Shown here: in pieces, positions 29,936 to 45,689 of the stretch
Layout: each line of letters opens with the position of its first letter
Position numbering within the stretch: the stretch's first letter is position 1
NCBI RefSeq assembly: GCF_009914755.1
Contig: NC_060930.1
DNA length: 64,000 bases
Reading direction: 5' to 3' (one strand)
Source of the DNA: the human T2T-CHM13v2.0 reference genome, Homo sapiens
The notes under the pieces: model-generated
Seen by the model: the letters and a program-made list of their open reading frames with translations, nothing else
What the model was told of the DNA's origin: nothing
The model's database searches: none
Program-made: the position numbers and the translations under genes

Positions 29936-32339
29936 ATTCTTAAGGCTGAGTTTTACTCTCACCTCTAGTATAAGCCAGTTATGCATGTTACTGTTCAAAT
30001 AAAGTTTAAGATTTGTGCAGGGTTGAAGAATAAATCAGCCTTTTTGAAGTGGAGGTACACCCAGCTTAATAAAGGTACTCAAATCGAGTTAATAGAATAG
30101 CACTTTTTTTTAAATACATTGCTTTGGCTCAGGAACATGATCTTTAACCAAAAAAAAGAAAAACGATTATGAGCAGACTTGAATAAACCAAATTACTGTT
30201 CTTTTCACTCTGGAAGAATTAAGGTATTTTCTCTGCCATTCCCCAGTCCCTTTTATGAAAAGATTTGCCATAGAAACAGAGTTGGGATATGGCGAAAGCA
30301 GTTATTTCTGACAGTTGCTGGTATTGATTGCATTAGTATCGTATCAATTTCTCCACTAATATCAAAATTTCTTCACTAATTTCTCTTTAAATTGTGACTT
30401 TTGGGGAAACCAGTAGGAGTAGAGAGATGGAAAGTGGTAGGTTTTTAAGATTATTTCGGTGATCCATTTGGATAAAATAATGCCTACAAGGAATCATATC
30501 GACATTTAAAGCAATTCTGTAGAAGGGTTACATTCTAAAGCTTCCGGAAACAGGACTAAAGCAAATTGTATTTTGTAGCCTATGTAGATTGAAAAAGAGA
30601 ACAAGTTTGCAACAGAGGTAGTGTGGGTCTCAAAAAGGACGCTAGGTTGGAAGCCAAGTGACAAAAAGGATCTTTTGGCTCTGACACCACTGATCTTATG
30701 ATCTTGGGCAAGTAGTTTAGTATCTCAGTTTTTCACCTGTAAGATGATAGGTTTTTTTTGCATAATCTTTAGGTTTCTTCCAGATATAGGAGTCTATGAC
30801 TGTCTTTTACTTAAAAAATGTTCCTGCTGTCTTCAGTAGAACTTTAAGGCCACAATCAAAATGGTGTAAGAGTGTACTTTTGTGTGTGTGTGTTTTTTTT
30901 CCTTGTAGTTCCTATTTAGAACCTTAGTAACCCTGTTCAGGATTTTCCATTCTTGGGAGATAGTTATTTAAATCTCAGGGATATATCTTTGCTAAGTGAT
31001 CCCCTGAGAAAACACATAGTACTTTCCTTCCTCTGTTCTATTCTTAATTTATTTGTTTATCTTCTTCAGTAAACAGTAAAGTGGATGAAAGTTGGCCTGT
31101 CCTATGGTTTGTTTAGTTACAAGTGCTTGCCTTGTTGGGTTTCTTTTCTGTCTGAAGTGATAGAGTCTGGAGACATGGAATGCCTTAAGCCATGGTCATC
31201 ATTTGCAACTGATAGGATTGCAGGCAGCTTTGATAAGACAGCTTCAGAATTGAATATGGAATCCCTAAATGCTGAAACCTTTTATAGCAAAGAAGTTGCC
31301 TGAGCGCATAAACAGTGTTTTGTGGCCAAACTAATGAGCAGGAATCTATGAGTATTATTTAGAGATTAAATGAATCTGAGAGAAAGCTATTATTCACACA
31401 TTGATGAAAGATAATTGTCGTATGTCAAAGAGTGTAAGAAGCTGGGAATTCTCTTGAGCTGATACATCCTTCTGTTAATATCTGTAAGGGTGACAGCCAG
31501 GTTTGATTGGTCTGTCTCTTTATTTTTCTGGACCTAAGTTTCCTTTTTTTGTGAAATGAGGTTAGATTAGACTTCAGCATTGGTCCTCCTAGCTCTAAAT
31601 TTCTTTGAATATGTAATTGTGCTTTTGTTTTAAAAGCATACTCATTCATCCAGCATCAGTAGGAAACAGGCCTATATTCTTCCAAATAAGTGAACTTTCT
31701 ATGGGACGGAAGTTTGTCACCTACCGTTTTAAAAGCCCCTACAGATTAACCTGTACTGTTATTTCCAGTTCTTTTTGGTGGGTAATATCCTATTTACAGA
31801 AGAAAAGACTAAGGGTTTAAGTACTTGCCCTACAAACCACACAGTTTATAGAGGCACCAGGAGGTAAGTTGTTGCTGTTTGAGAGTCCACATCCATTATT
31901 ATAATTACTAATTTCTTACTTACTAAAACATACTTCTCATTAGCAGTACTTCTTTTAATCTCAAATATTTTGGATGGATGGATTTGAAAACAACTTGCAA
32001 ACAAGAGATACTCTTCAAATCTTAACCTTTTCCTGGTTTCGAATTTTCCTAGTTTAGAATTTCCATCAGGAGAGCTGCATGATTTTAGAACTTCTAGTTT
32101 GGTGAATACTAAAACATGGCTTGAGTTTCAGATACTACTTAACATTTCTTTATTCATAGCAAACATGAATAACCAATTTCATTTCTGGCCCAGGTGATCC
32201 CAGAAGTGACCACAAAGTCAATTGATTGGTGTTGGCATATGAGATTAATCTTGTTTACTCTTGCTTGAGTCTTTTCCTTTGATTTCACTGTGGACAGAAT
32301 AACACCACTTAAATGAGAATGCCTGGAATGATAGTAATC

Positions 32340-32570
32340 ATAATAATAGCTAATATTTATTGAGTACTTGCTGAGTGTCAGGAACTGTTCTTGAAAGGCA
32401 TCGTCTTATGTAATCATCTCAGCAACACTGTGGACTAGGTTCATTGCTGTTCCTTATTTTACAGGTAAGAAATAGGAGGCACAAGGCGATCAAGCAATTT
32501 CCCAAGGTTTGCAGCATAGTTCATAAGTAGCAAACCAGATCTGTCTCACTCTAAGCTTATTCTCTTGGCT
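32340..32570 (-). mobile_element. MIR
   Basis: aatagctaatatttattgagtacttgct..tgtcaggaactgttct; ttttacaggtaagaaataggaggcaca..ttcccaagg. Confidence 0.8.
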
Positions 32571-33706
32571 ATGAGATGGAGATGGTCTCTTAAAGTTTAA
32601 AAATGCAGTCTTGAGGCAAGTGCAGGAGTCCTTTGATGTCTAATTTTGCTCATTTGAGTATTTCTCTTTCTGCTTTTCTGTTTAGTATTACACATTTTAC
32701 TCAGGTAAGCAAACTGCAGGCTTTAGGGTAGATATTACTGTAACCCTAAACTATCTTATTAGTTACTCCTTGCTAAAATGAGTCTCAGTTACTACTTATA
32801 GGCAAAGTAACTCTCTCTCAGGGGATTTTCAGGTTTCCTGGAGATTTCTGACTATTGCTTACTTACCTTCCTGCCTCACAACTCTTCTGCTCACCAGTCC
32901 ACTTATGGTCCTTTTTGATGACTGATTTTTGTAATTTCTTCCTTCTTTGCTGGTTTGCCTTTTTTTTTTGATGGTGCTGATTCAATGAACTGTATTATAC
33001 CATTGTTTTGAGACAATATAATATGAATGTTGCTTTCTAAATCATTATTAAATATAATTTTCAGAATTAAATGAGTAAGTCATGCAGAAGGATAGTTGAG
33101 TTTTCAAAGCACCACCTCTCCATCTAATGTCATTTACTACTTTCTATAATACCTGGTGTTCAATAGCCATTTAAAAACTTGATAGCTATTTTATATATAA
33201 AGACTTCACCTTTTTTGGAATGTTAATGCTTCAATGTATCACTTTAGGGGATAGAACAGAGTTTGGGCAATTTGGTTTTATGTTAAATATTTCCGTTTGT
33301 AAAGCAGCAGACATTAAAGAAAACATTTCCTTACAATCTGAATTTCTGGGAGATTATAAGGAAGGTTGATAGAAACATCCTTCTTCTACCCAGATGAACA
33401 TGAGTCTGGTGAGGCTGAAGCTAACATTGCTTTATTTTTTAATAAATAATTTTTTTGAATTGTCTGACTACCCATTTTCATGCAGAAATCACCTATTATA
33501 TATATTTTGATAAGGAAACTGCTACCATGTGGCAAATAAAATGCATGGATTTATTTTCTTTTGCTAATTAGCTTGAAGGAAGTGATCAAGTCGTCATCAT
33601 CTTTTAAGTTCCTCCTCTATTTGGAAGCAAGGATGAAAAAGGTTTATTTTCCAGTCCCTACTGGAAACCTATAGTTTTTACTTTATTTGTCATAATGCTT
33701 TACTGA

Positions 33707-34105
<399 letters not shown>

Positions 34106-36699
34106 TAGCCCATATTGAGTGATGAGATAACTACATAAATCGCATTTAAAAAGTGGTAGCTGTTTCTTCTACTGTTGAATAAATATACAGTACTTCTCTT
34201 TTCAAGTTTTCATGTAGTTATTTATGGAAAGTACAGACTTTGCTAGTTTCATTCATCCTCATTTTATTAGCATGTTGCAATATGAATTAGGAATTGAAAA
34301 TTCAGTTTTTAGACTATGCAGTTTAATTTACTTGATATGAAAGTTAATTTTAATTACAGCATTTTTGGAATTAAAGTATTTTTTCTAGTTACATTTTTTT
34401 GAACTTTGAAATAAGATCTTGGTGGCTGTTGAAAAAACTAAATTTTCTGTAAACAGCAAATTATATGAATAAGCCAATTAGAGGCTGAGGAATGTGAATG
34501 ATATCTAAAAGTAAACTGTTTCTTCATTTTCTGGTTTTGTCACTGAACTGAGCAAATTTATTTAAGTCCGTTCTATTTTATTCTTTGTTTTCTCCTGGTG
34601 TATGTATTAGGCTTATTATGTTTTCCTTTAGAATAAAGCTAAAATGTCAATTAAGAAAATCATAATTCTTGAAGTCTTATGTATTTATTACTTGGAATTT
34701 AATCAAGATTTATTAATTTCATATTTATAATATATATTATCATAAAGAATACATTTTAAACATCGTGGAAATAGATTATCTGCTAAAATTGCTTATTCAC
34801 GCATCAAGAAATTAAACTTGTATTGAGATGTGAAAACTTTTTTTTCCAAGCCTCCAAGTGTTTTAAGAGTTTCAGTTATTTACTTGCAAAATCCCTGGCA
34901 CTTATTTAATGGCTTCAAAACAGAACAGATCTTTCAGTGAATTTTGTGTGTGTGTTTGTTAGAATTTTATTGTAAAGCCATTTTCCTTATTACTGTCATT
35001 ATTAGAGGAAACACACTTGTAAACAGATTGGAAAATTAAAGATAGGTTTTATGATGTACAGTGTTGAACTACTTTCAAAAGTGATTCTCTAAGAATCAAT
35101 TACATGATATGAGATAAATTATGAGATTAACATTATTAGTTGAAGTCTGTTTACTTTCATTTTTGTTAGGTCATGTATTTATATATTTTTAAGGCTTCTT
35201 GAGACCACGGCACCTCCAATTTGGACTTTTAGATGTCAACATTTTAATGAATATATGCACATTCTTGAATTTTAATCATTTGAATAAATGAAGCACATGT
35301 TTTTAGGCTAAAGAAAAGGAATCAACTTGTCTGGGACCAGGCTGAGGGAAGAGAATCACCTGGGGTACAAAATTTAAGGAGGCACTCATTCTCAAGGCCA
35401 CCAGAATCAAAGTACTTACACTTGTTAAGTTACTCTCTCACACAAGATTTTCTTATTTTTTGTTATTTCCTGCATTATTAAACTTTTTGTGTATCAGATA
35501 AGGTCTTGTGACAGATAGTTTTCTGTTTCACTTTTGAGGCCAGAACATTTTGTATTAATACCTATATCACTCTAATAATGACTCATTTAAAATGCCACCA
35601 CCTCACAGGTAAATATCTGAATTCACAAACACTCTTTAGAGGGTCTTATAGGTATTTTAATATAAAATTTTTGCCTTATAAGATGACTCAGCATGGGGTT
35701 CCTTATAATGAACTCCCAAGCCATTTAAAATAATGCATATTACAACTTTGGATATATATGATATTTAAAATCTTTTTTTGCATAAATCAAAGTGTAATAC
35801 TGCTATGTTTTTGAAGACTAGTGCTTAACTGATGTTATATCCCTGTTTACACTTTTGTTGACTAATTTTTGCTTCTCTAGGTAACACCTAGATGATCTCA
35901 AGTGGCTTTAAATGGTATCTTGATGCCAGTGTCCACTAAATCTGTATTGTCCATCCTGGCTCCTAGAGCCATCTCTTGAGTTGCTGATCCTCATCTACCC
36001 TTGGATTTATAATAGGCCTTAAACTTTAAATGTGCAAACAGGACTCCTAGTTCCTATCTCCTATCCTCAAATCTACTTCTCTTTTAACCTTTAAAATTCC
36101 TCCTTCTATCCTCCTGTTCTCTCCTACTCTCACTATTTTGTAGACACATTGGCCTTTCTATTCCTTGTCTATGCCTTCCTAGTCTCCTCTTCTCCCTTAC
36201 CTGGTTCTTTTTGACACTCAGATCTCAGTTTAATTATTACCACCTCATGTAATCCTTCCCTATCCCTCAATTCAAAGGAGCGCCACTGGATCATATCATA
36301 TTCTTAGTGATAATCTGCATAGATTTTGGTTTTTGTCTTGTTTGTTAATGTTTTGTTAATTTGACTGTGATAGCTAGGTTAGGAGATTGGCAGATCTCTT
36401 TTGGTTGTTACGATTGACACTTAATTCAGATGATTAAAATTAGAATCTTATGGTTTGATTCCAATAACATCCATAGTTTAATTCTTATAATAGAATTGCA
36501 GTATTAAGTTTGCTAGTAGGTAAGTTAACATTTATATTTCATGGGACACTTAAAAAAGAAATATGTGAGTTTTGTGACCTTCTGGATTTTCAAAAGTAGT
36601 GTGGAAAAATAGCTCACTGTGTCTTGACAAGTGATGATTATAACCTTTAATAAGAACTACAATAAAATAACAATTTAGAATATTTACACTTGTACCATA

Positions 36700-37370
36700 G
36701 AAGTATGCCTTAAAACAATAAAAATGCGATTTATTTTTACCCACTATCTTGAAACCATTTAGAAAAGTTGACAACATCCAATACAATCAAAATTGTTAGG
36801 AAAAGAGCGTGCACTGACACTGTTGACTCTTTTGGGAGAGTAATTAGGTAACACATAAAAAAATCAAGAATGTGTACATTGGTGTATCACTCTCACATGT
36901 AGGCATATACCCTATAAAATAAAAAAACATAAATATGTAGAGAAATCTGTATCACTGTGTTAACTAGCATTGCAATAGCAAACTGGAAGAGACGTTGTTC
37001 ACTGAAAGGGGGATGGTTATGTGCATTATTTTACATTCCTTCTGTGGAATACTGTGCAGTGCCTCAAAACAATGTGGTCAAACTGCCTATTTGCTTGGGA
37101 AGCTATTCATGATAATAATGTTAAATTAAAAAGCAAATTATAATCAGGCACTGTGGCTCACACCTGTAATCCCAGCACTTATATAAGACTTTGTAAACAT
37201 GTTAACAAAACATGGAATGATACTCATCAGGCTTCTAAAATGGGTTGTCTCAGAGGCACAGTTTGGAGAAACAGGAGGGATGACGATGGAACTTCATACA
37301 CCTCTGAATTTTTTTGCCTTCTTACAACGATCAGGTATTACTTTACTAATCTGAAAAAAAGCTGATGAAT
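36700..37370 (+). mobile_element. L1ME-type 3' fragment containing a 36-nt Alu 5' remnant (37145-37180)
   Basis: gcaatagcaaaactgga, gtggaatactgtgcag L1 motifs; caggcactgtggctcacacctgtaatcccagcactt Alu start. Confidence 0.6.
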
Positions 37371-39170
37371 TTCTTTTTTTAAAAAAAGCCACATAAAAAT
37401 GACCAGAGAGGCATAGAAGTGTATGAATATTTAAATTTTGTTAGTTACTTAACTGTTACTCTGGCTCTTTCTTCACTTAATAGGAATCTCTAAAAGGAGT
37501 TTCAGATAATAACTTCTTTTTTGTGGCCTAACACTCCATGACTCTGAAGATGAATGATGATATCTCAAGCAGACAGAGGGTTATGGATTCAAGTAGAGTG
37601 GGAAACAGCCAAGAGCCAATACATTTCTAAGCAACCAGGAGCTTGTTTCCACACAGATCGTCTTAGTCATGAGCAGTGCAGGAGGAGCCTCCCTTCTCTC
37701 CTGAAAATCAGTGATATCAGCAGATCGTTTCAAAGCACAGTGTTACTCTGATATCTATGAGACATCAACAGCTACCAGGGGAAATGTTTCTGAAAGTAAA
37801 ATCTGGCCTGAATTGTGTACTTTCTAGCCCAGGGCACAGCATAGTTCTGGAAGGCAGGTGATTGTGTAAAAAGAATCTTGTGCTTTTTTGTTTGTTTATG
37901 TGTTAATTTTTCTTATCATAAAATGAACAGTTATTTAGTAGTATGTGTTAATTTTTCTTATGATCATAACATCAACAATTATTATTTAGTATCAATTACA
38001 TTGCAATCTATATTTAAGAATTAAATCAAAGTTTGGTCAGAGGACTTTCAAATGTCTAAAAAAATCCTTTTATGAATGTCCCCTTTTTAAAAAAAAATTC
38101 AGTATTGTGTATTGAAAATTACTAAGTGTGTCTTAAAGGTCAAAAATAAGGCTCTAATTGTACAGACCATTTTGCATATAATGATAAATGTGTGTATGTG
38201 TGTTTCACTCAGAATCAAAGTGCTCCAAATTACTGTCTGAAGCTTTCAGCTAAAAGGCTGTTTTTCTGTTTCAGACCTCAGATTAGCGTCAGTGTGAGTG
38301 AATAAAGTCTAGAAAGTTTTATACAGATATTTCCTTGAGGCAACTTTCTAGATAATTTTCTTCATACACCTTTGGATGGCCTGAATTCGATGTTGTTCAA
38401 TATGAAATCATACATTGAGGGGTCATAAAGCCAATTACATAAACGTAGAAGGGGAATGACCTGCCTTGTCACCACAGTGACAATCTCAAGTGACCCGCAG
38501 TGTGATGGGACCACTAATGAAACTGACACCACTTAAATGATATTAGGAAGAGGGAGATGTCAGGTGTCCTACTTTTTATTGGTGAGATCACGCTTGTCTC
38601 CAGGCATGACTGTCATAATGTGGAGAGGGTTGGTAAACAGAGAATATTTAGACGAGGCACACCAGCATACTGATGAGTCTCAAGCTATCTGAGGAATTTT
38701 TGGAGCAGTCCCTGTCAATACTGGGTGAGTGAAACCTCTTTAGAGGTGGGCTGCGACTGTGAACTCCCTTTGTGTCAGCTACAACGTTCTTGCTTTCGTG
38801 TATCAATTTGTTTGTTTTTTAAGTACAAATTTTGTTGCATTGTTGCATTAAAAATGGATGTAGAGAAATGGCACATTTACTTTAAAGTAATAAAGTCAGT
38901 AGGAATAAGATACTGGCCTTTAGATATCTGGAGAGTGGTCATCTGGAAGTGATAACAGACTTCTTCTAAGTATCTCAAAGAGCAGAACTAGGACAAGTGT
39001 GTTAATGCTGTAAGAACCAAATGACTCTCTTAGTAATTAATTGTCCAAAGATAAACCTAGCTGTCCTTCAAATTCCCCTATCACTAGTAATCGGGACATG
39101 AAGGAATCTCAGTATTGAGGAATTTGTACCAGAAACCTCGAAGACCTCCTTAGCCTACAGTCCAATCATG

Positions 39171-39172
<2 letters not shown>

Positions 39173-39208
<36 letters not shown>
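39173..39208 (+). repeat. (GT)18 microsatellite
   Basis: Read directly. Confidence 0.97.
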
Positions 39209-39211
<3 letters not shown>

Positions 39212-39786
39212 ACAGTCTATTTTGTTTTGTGCACATAGTTTTAATTGTTTTACCTGTAAAGTTTCTTCTGTGTACTTCCAATTTTAGCGGGTACTTTTAA
39301 TAATGAACTAGACCTAGAGGTTGGGCGGGTAACTTTCTTGGACAAGATAAACCTGGGGAGCTGTAGAGTTTAATGGGGACATACCAACTCTGAGACTTTC
39401 GCAGACACAAAATTGTCTAACACTTTTAAATTCTTTTTAATTCTTTAAGGAGTTTTCTTTTTATTTTCAGCAAGTAGAATATGTGCTCTTTGGCACTGTT
39501 CTTACTATTCTTTCTTCTTTGGCATTGTTTGTACTTGCAATATCATAGTATTCAGTAAGTAAAGAAGATGGAAAAAAAAAACAGAATGGAGAACCAAAGA
39601 CAAACCCCAATATATTCCAGATGTAATGAGCAAATATACTTTATAGGGTGGGGTAGTATGGGGAGGAAGGTTTTGAGGTTAGATGAGAAAAGTGTATTAA
39701 TCCCACAATGAGGATCAAGTCACATAAACATCCTTTCCCCTCCATTGAACTAACATGATTATACACCTGAAAAGAAAGCAAGGTTC

Positions 39787-40069
<283 letters not shown>

Positions 40070-41897
40070 AGCAAGGTTCTTTGGCAGCACATGGATGGTA
40101 GCTGTCACCAGTTCAGGTTAACCTTAACCATCTCCTGTGAAAAAACTCTCAGAGAGGAATAAAGTATCCCAGTGGGGAATATGTGGCCACCATATTTCTA
40201 TGGTTAAGACTAATTATCTTGATTTCTTAAAATCATTAAAAATATTTGTAATCGTTTGAATGAGATTTTTCTCAGGAAAATGGTTTGAATTATTAGGTCT
40301 TTCATGTCAACATATCTTGGTTTTTAGTCATTCCTAAACTAACTTCATCTTAAACTTGTGGTTTAGAAATGATATGCTTTATAAAAAAATTACATAATTT
40401 TCTGCAATAAATTATTATAAGTCAAAAAAGATCCCTTCCTCTACTACATTCTCCTCCAAGTTTGGTGCTGCTGGTTTAGATAAAAGAGAAAAAGTGTTTG
40501 TACTAGAGCTCAGAAGATGGATTGTGTCAACCATTTAAAAATCAGGATCTTTTTTCTAATAATGACAGAATTACACTAGTCACTCTTATTGGTTTGGGCA
40601 AAACTACAAGAATGAGAAAATGCTCATAATTTTTGCAAACAGAAGGATCTTTTTAGAAGATTCCTTACCTGGCCAAAACTTGATTAAAGAGAATTATTGA
40701 AGTAAAATATAGATCTGGAGGAAAAAAATACTCTGGCAATATTAATCACTGTTTTTATACACACAGTTCCTTTCTTCTGTCCTTCATTTATTTGTTTTAT
40801 GCCTTAAATATGTCCAGAAATATGACATTATGTACAATTGATACTGGCCCCTATGAGTATAAAGAATAGTTTAGCTGTATCACTGGCCTTATTGAATAGA
40901 GTTTTAAGGCAGAGTTTCTGATCACAGTGATTTCAGTGGCTGCAGTAGCAGTGCTATGAGGAGGAAAAGCTAGACTTTTAGAGATAATTTACCTTAGTGT
41001 TTTTTTTTAATTTTAGAGAAAATGAGCTCCAAGTATACACTGAGGTTGTGGAAATGTAGTCTGTCACCTTTTCCAGAATTCTCCTCATCAGATTGTGTAC
41101 ACCAGTTGTCTCCTGGTTGGCTCATCAGAGGTCAATATTAGTGTTTTATTTGAACTGCTAATCTCATCTCTCTTTAGAATGGTAACCTGAAAATCTATTA
41201 CTTGTAGGCAGCTCAAGACCACAAACATTTTTGTTTCAATACTGCTGATAACCTAATGTTTCACCAAACAATAGGGTTTGTGGTTTTTCTCTCAGAGCTT
41301 TTGCTAAGTTGATACAGGACATTTTCCTTCCAGCTTGGTAAGCATCCTTGATGCTTTACTTGGCGTTTGGTTAGGACTCTTATTACTTCTCATCATCTGA
41401 CTGGCTTCCATGTCCCACACACATGAGTTAGAGATGTCTGCTTTTTTTATTGACCTTTCAGAAGAAAGTTCTCTTTGAATTTTAAGCCTTTTCTGATATT
41501 TAAGGTAGTGTCCATTTGCAAACATGATACTACTAATTGTGACACCATGGAAGACAGAATCAGTAAATGTGTAGCAAATGAATTGAATTGCTTTCCAAGC
41601 TGTCTTGACAGAACTTGGATTTTCCTTAGCAGGGTGTGTCTAGCTTATCAAAGAGTTAGGTATCTTTAATCAGAGTCCCCTCATTTCCCCACCATTATTA
41701 AAATATGTTTAACATTTGTGAGAGCATTATAGTACTTAAATAAGTTACAGAGAACATAGAGTTAATGTTGCTGTTCTTAGACTCATTTAAACGCTAAAGG
41801 CTATGTCATTGTAATATTATAAATGAGCGGTGTGTGTGTATTTGGGTGTATATTATATATATAGGACTTTGAAATGAGCATCTTACTGCTCATTCAG

Positions 41898-42793
41898 TAA
41901 ATATATATATATTTATATTATATATTAATATATATTTATATAATATATATTTATATTATATATATTTATATCATATATATTTATATATAATATATATATT
42001 ATATATATTTATATATATTAATTTATATTATATATATTTATATATAATATATATTTATATTATATTTTTATATATTATATATATTTATATTATATATTTA
42101 TATATATTATATATATTTATATTATATATTTATATATTATATATATTTATATTATATATTTATATATTATATATATTTATATTACATATTTATATATTAT
42201 ATATAATATTTATGTTATATATATTATATATAATATATATTTATGTTATATATATTTATATTATATATATTTATATATTATATATTTATATTATATATAT
42301 TTATATATATTATATATTTATATTTATATATTATATATTTATATAATATATATTTATATAATATATATTTATATATTATATATTTATATAATATATATTT
42401 ATATATTATATATTTATATAATATATATTATATATTATATATATTATATATTTATATAATATATATTATATATTATATATATTATATATTTATATATTAT
42501 ATATTATATATTTATATTATATATATTTATATATTATATATATTTATATTATATATATTTATATATTATATATATTTATATTATATATATTTATATATTA
42601 TATATATTTATTATATATATTTATATTATATATATTTATATATTATATATATTTATATTATATATTTATATATTATATATATTTATATTATATATTTATA
42701 TATTATATAATATTTATATATATTTATATATTTATATATTATATGTAATTTAAATATATATATAATATATTTATATATTATATATTTATATAT
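41898..42793. repeat. ~900-bp interrupted (TA)n / AT-only VNTR-like array
   Basis: Almost exclusively A/T with recurring TTATATTATATATAT-type units. Confidence 0.97.
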
Positions 42794-45635
42794 CAGGCTC
42801 ATTTCAAAGTCCTAATTTTGCAAAGCTAAATCATTGCCTTTAATGTTAAGGAATTTTAGTGTTATTGGGGAGACTAACGTGAGAAAAAATAATAGGATGC
42901 AGTGTGATGTGCGATTTAGTAGAATTATAGACATGATGTCAAGAGATAACAGAAGAGATCTCAGAAAAATTCTCATGGATAGATAATGTTAAAACTGTGT
43001 CTTCTGATGACAACAGAAAGGGAGAATATGGAGAATGGATCTAGAAATGGAGAAGGGGGATCTGGGCAGAGAAGGGAGCAGGGACAAGGACAAATGCACA
43101 GATGCATTATAAATGGCTTTGTAGAAGCATGCATATTTCTCATTACTAGAATAAAGGGTCTCTGCAGAAGAAGGTAGGGAATGAGGCTAGATGGGGAAGT
43201 GGGAGACCAGACTGGAGGATGTTAAGTGAGGGCCGATGCTGACAAAGCTGAATGAGGACTTCCAGCCCAGCAGGGGAGATAGATATGTCCCCACTAGCTA
43301 CAGTTCTGTAAGTAAGATTTGTGCAATTGCAGATGAAGATGAATGCTGAAGGGCACAGAGGTTGAGAGCTTCCCTAGGGTGGTAGGGCACTCAATGAAAA
43401 AATTGTTTTTTGTTTGTTGAATCTGCAGTTTTATGATTTTTCTCTGTCATACTGTTGTGCCTTAGAAATGGCAGCCTTAGTTTCCTCATTGGTGAACAGC
43501 CCTGACACACATATTGAAAACCTGGAGATAGTAATAGCACTTCAGGTGCCCTGGATGCCTTCTGCTTCTTGCTCAAACGCATATTTAGTTGTGACTGAGG
43601 GTTGGTGAATCTAGATCAGAAATACCTTCTTTGTCTTTATAACTATCGCCTTTGAGGCTTTCATCTCCACTGGGTATATTGTAAGAGCTCCTAAGTAAAA
43701 TCCCTGGGTCCAAAGTAAATCGGACAAAAATCTCCTTTTTTATAGGAAGTCTGGCTTAAGGGTGAAATTGTGTGACAGAATGAGATGACTAATGATTTAA
43801 AATTTAGTCTATTGACATTCAAATTTTGAGAGCACATCTTTTTTACATGAAGTTTTTCATATTCTTCAAATTGTTCCTTTAGGTTCTTCTGACTTCTGAG
43901 CAACTAATATGACTTTTTTTGTTTCTCATTTAAATCAGATTTACCACCTGGTTTGCCTAGTTCATTTCCCATTCCTGTTTATTCCTTTTGAATACATTTC
44001 AATTTTCCCATTATAACTTAAATTTTTCCATAAGACAGTTATTAGAATATTTACTTTAAAGCAGTTGTTTCAAGTGAAACAGAGAGAAAGACATCTTTAT
44101 TCTCTGTCCACTATGTGTGCCTGACATTACTTTACCACAGCCTTTATCTTTATCATAATTATGTTTGAAAGCATCTTGAATTGGGAACTTTGGGCTAATT
44201 TAAGTTTAAAACTCCCATCTGTGGGAACTAGAGATTTTGTATAAAATATAAACATTTAGTGCTGTAAGTAACAACTTACGTTTTTGGTCAGAAAAAGATG
44301 TAGTTCATTGGGCTTTGTTAAAATAGGTTAAAAGTATATGTTAGCTTTTAGGGCAGAATACATAAACCAGTTTGTTCACGTGGAGGTAAAAAAAATTAGA
44401 TTTGAAATCTAATAATAAAAATGAACATATGTAGTTTTGTTTTCCCCATATTTAAAGGAGAGCTTTTCATATTTTAAAAGTAAGACTACAGTGTTACTTT
44501 TTAAGACTCTATGCCTTAGAAGCATTAGTAGTACTTTACACATGGTACCTAAAAAGTATTTTAATTTTTAGTAATCTTAGAAATAAAAGCAGAAAATATA
44601 TTGTGGGCTATTTCAGGCTAAAAATAAAGTATTATTTGAGATAAAAATGTGCCTTTGAGAAAATACATTAAAAACTTAAATCTATGTTGGATTTGATTTA
44701 AACTTGAACAGCACACACCAAGCATTAAAGCACTTTTGGATGCAACTAAACTAATAATGGGAGTGAAAATAATTGCTTTTGATATCAATAGCACTGCTAA
44801 CTTGACTCTGAGTAACTTAGTAGCATGAATTAAAATGCTGACTCTGAAATGAAATTTTGCAACAATGTTCCTTTACAGTCAGAGATACCTTTTCCATATG
44901 TACTGAGGCTTTGTTCCTTGTGAGCTGTAGTAGGAAGATACAGTTAGTACACATAGTGAAAACTGCGTGCCTGAACTTTTAGCTTGTGTTTCTATTAATA
45001 GCAAAATCAGGCAGAGGATGGTTAGCAGACGTTAAATTGGATGGTTGATTTCCATTTTTCTGGTTTCATAGCCCAGATATAACTTGATCAAAAATTAGCT
45101 TCGGTACTTGTATATTCATTGCATAAGTGTGGTACAGCTTTATTTGAAATACACCATTAAGTTGAAAAAGGATCCTGTGAATTAATTTCTTATGTTGTAG
45201 TCATCCCTTTCTGTAAATATATATTAGAGCAATAAGACATTTTCAAAGGCTGATAAATTCTATATCTATCATACTTTTTAAACCCTTTGACCAGTAGGTG
45301 CATATGTGTAACAACACATATAGATTCTCATCACAAAAATAGTTATAATAATTAAATATTAAAGACAAATATCCACCAAGAAAGAATTTGATAATTATGG
45401 AATATTTACATTATGAAAGGTATACATAACCATAACTTAATTTTTGAAATGTTTAGTGAAATGGGATAAAGATAAAAATGTAATTGAGAGAAGCAGGGCA
45501 TAAAACTGAGTAGTGTTTTTTAAACAATAGTCTGAATTAAATTAAAAAAATGGCAAGATAGCAATCTGCATGCTTTTAAGATTCACATATTTCCTTTTTC
45601 ATTACATCCTTATGTTTCCAAAAATAAGCATGCAT

Positions 45636-45661
45636 ACACACACACACACACACACACACAC
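45636..45661 (+). repeat. (AC)13 microsatellite
   Basis: Read directly. Confidence 0.95.
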
Positions 45662-45689
45662 GTGTATATACTATGATTTAATAATTATA

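Noticed and set aside
42243-42710. 155-aa Y/I/L-rich ORF
   Set aside because: Artefact of translating the TA repeat.
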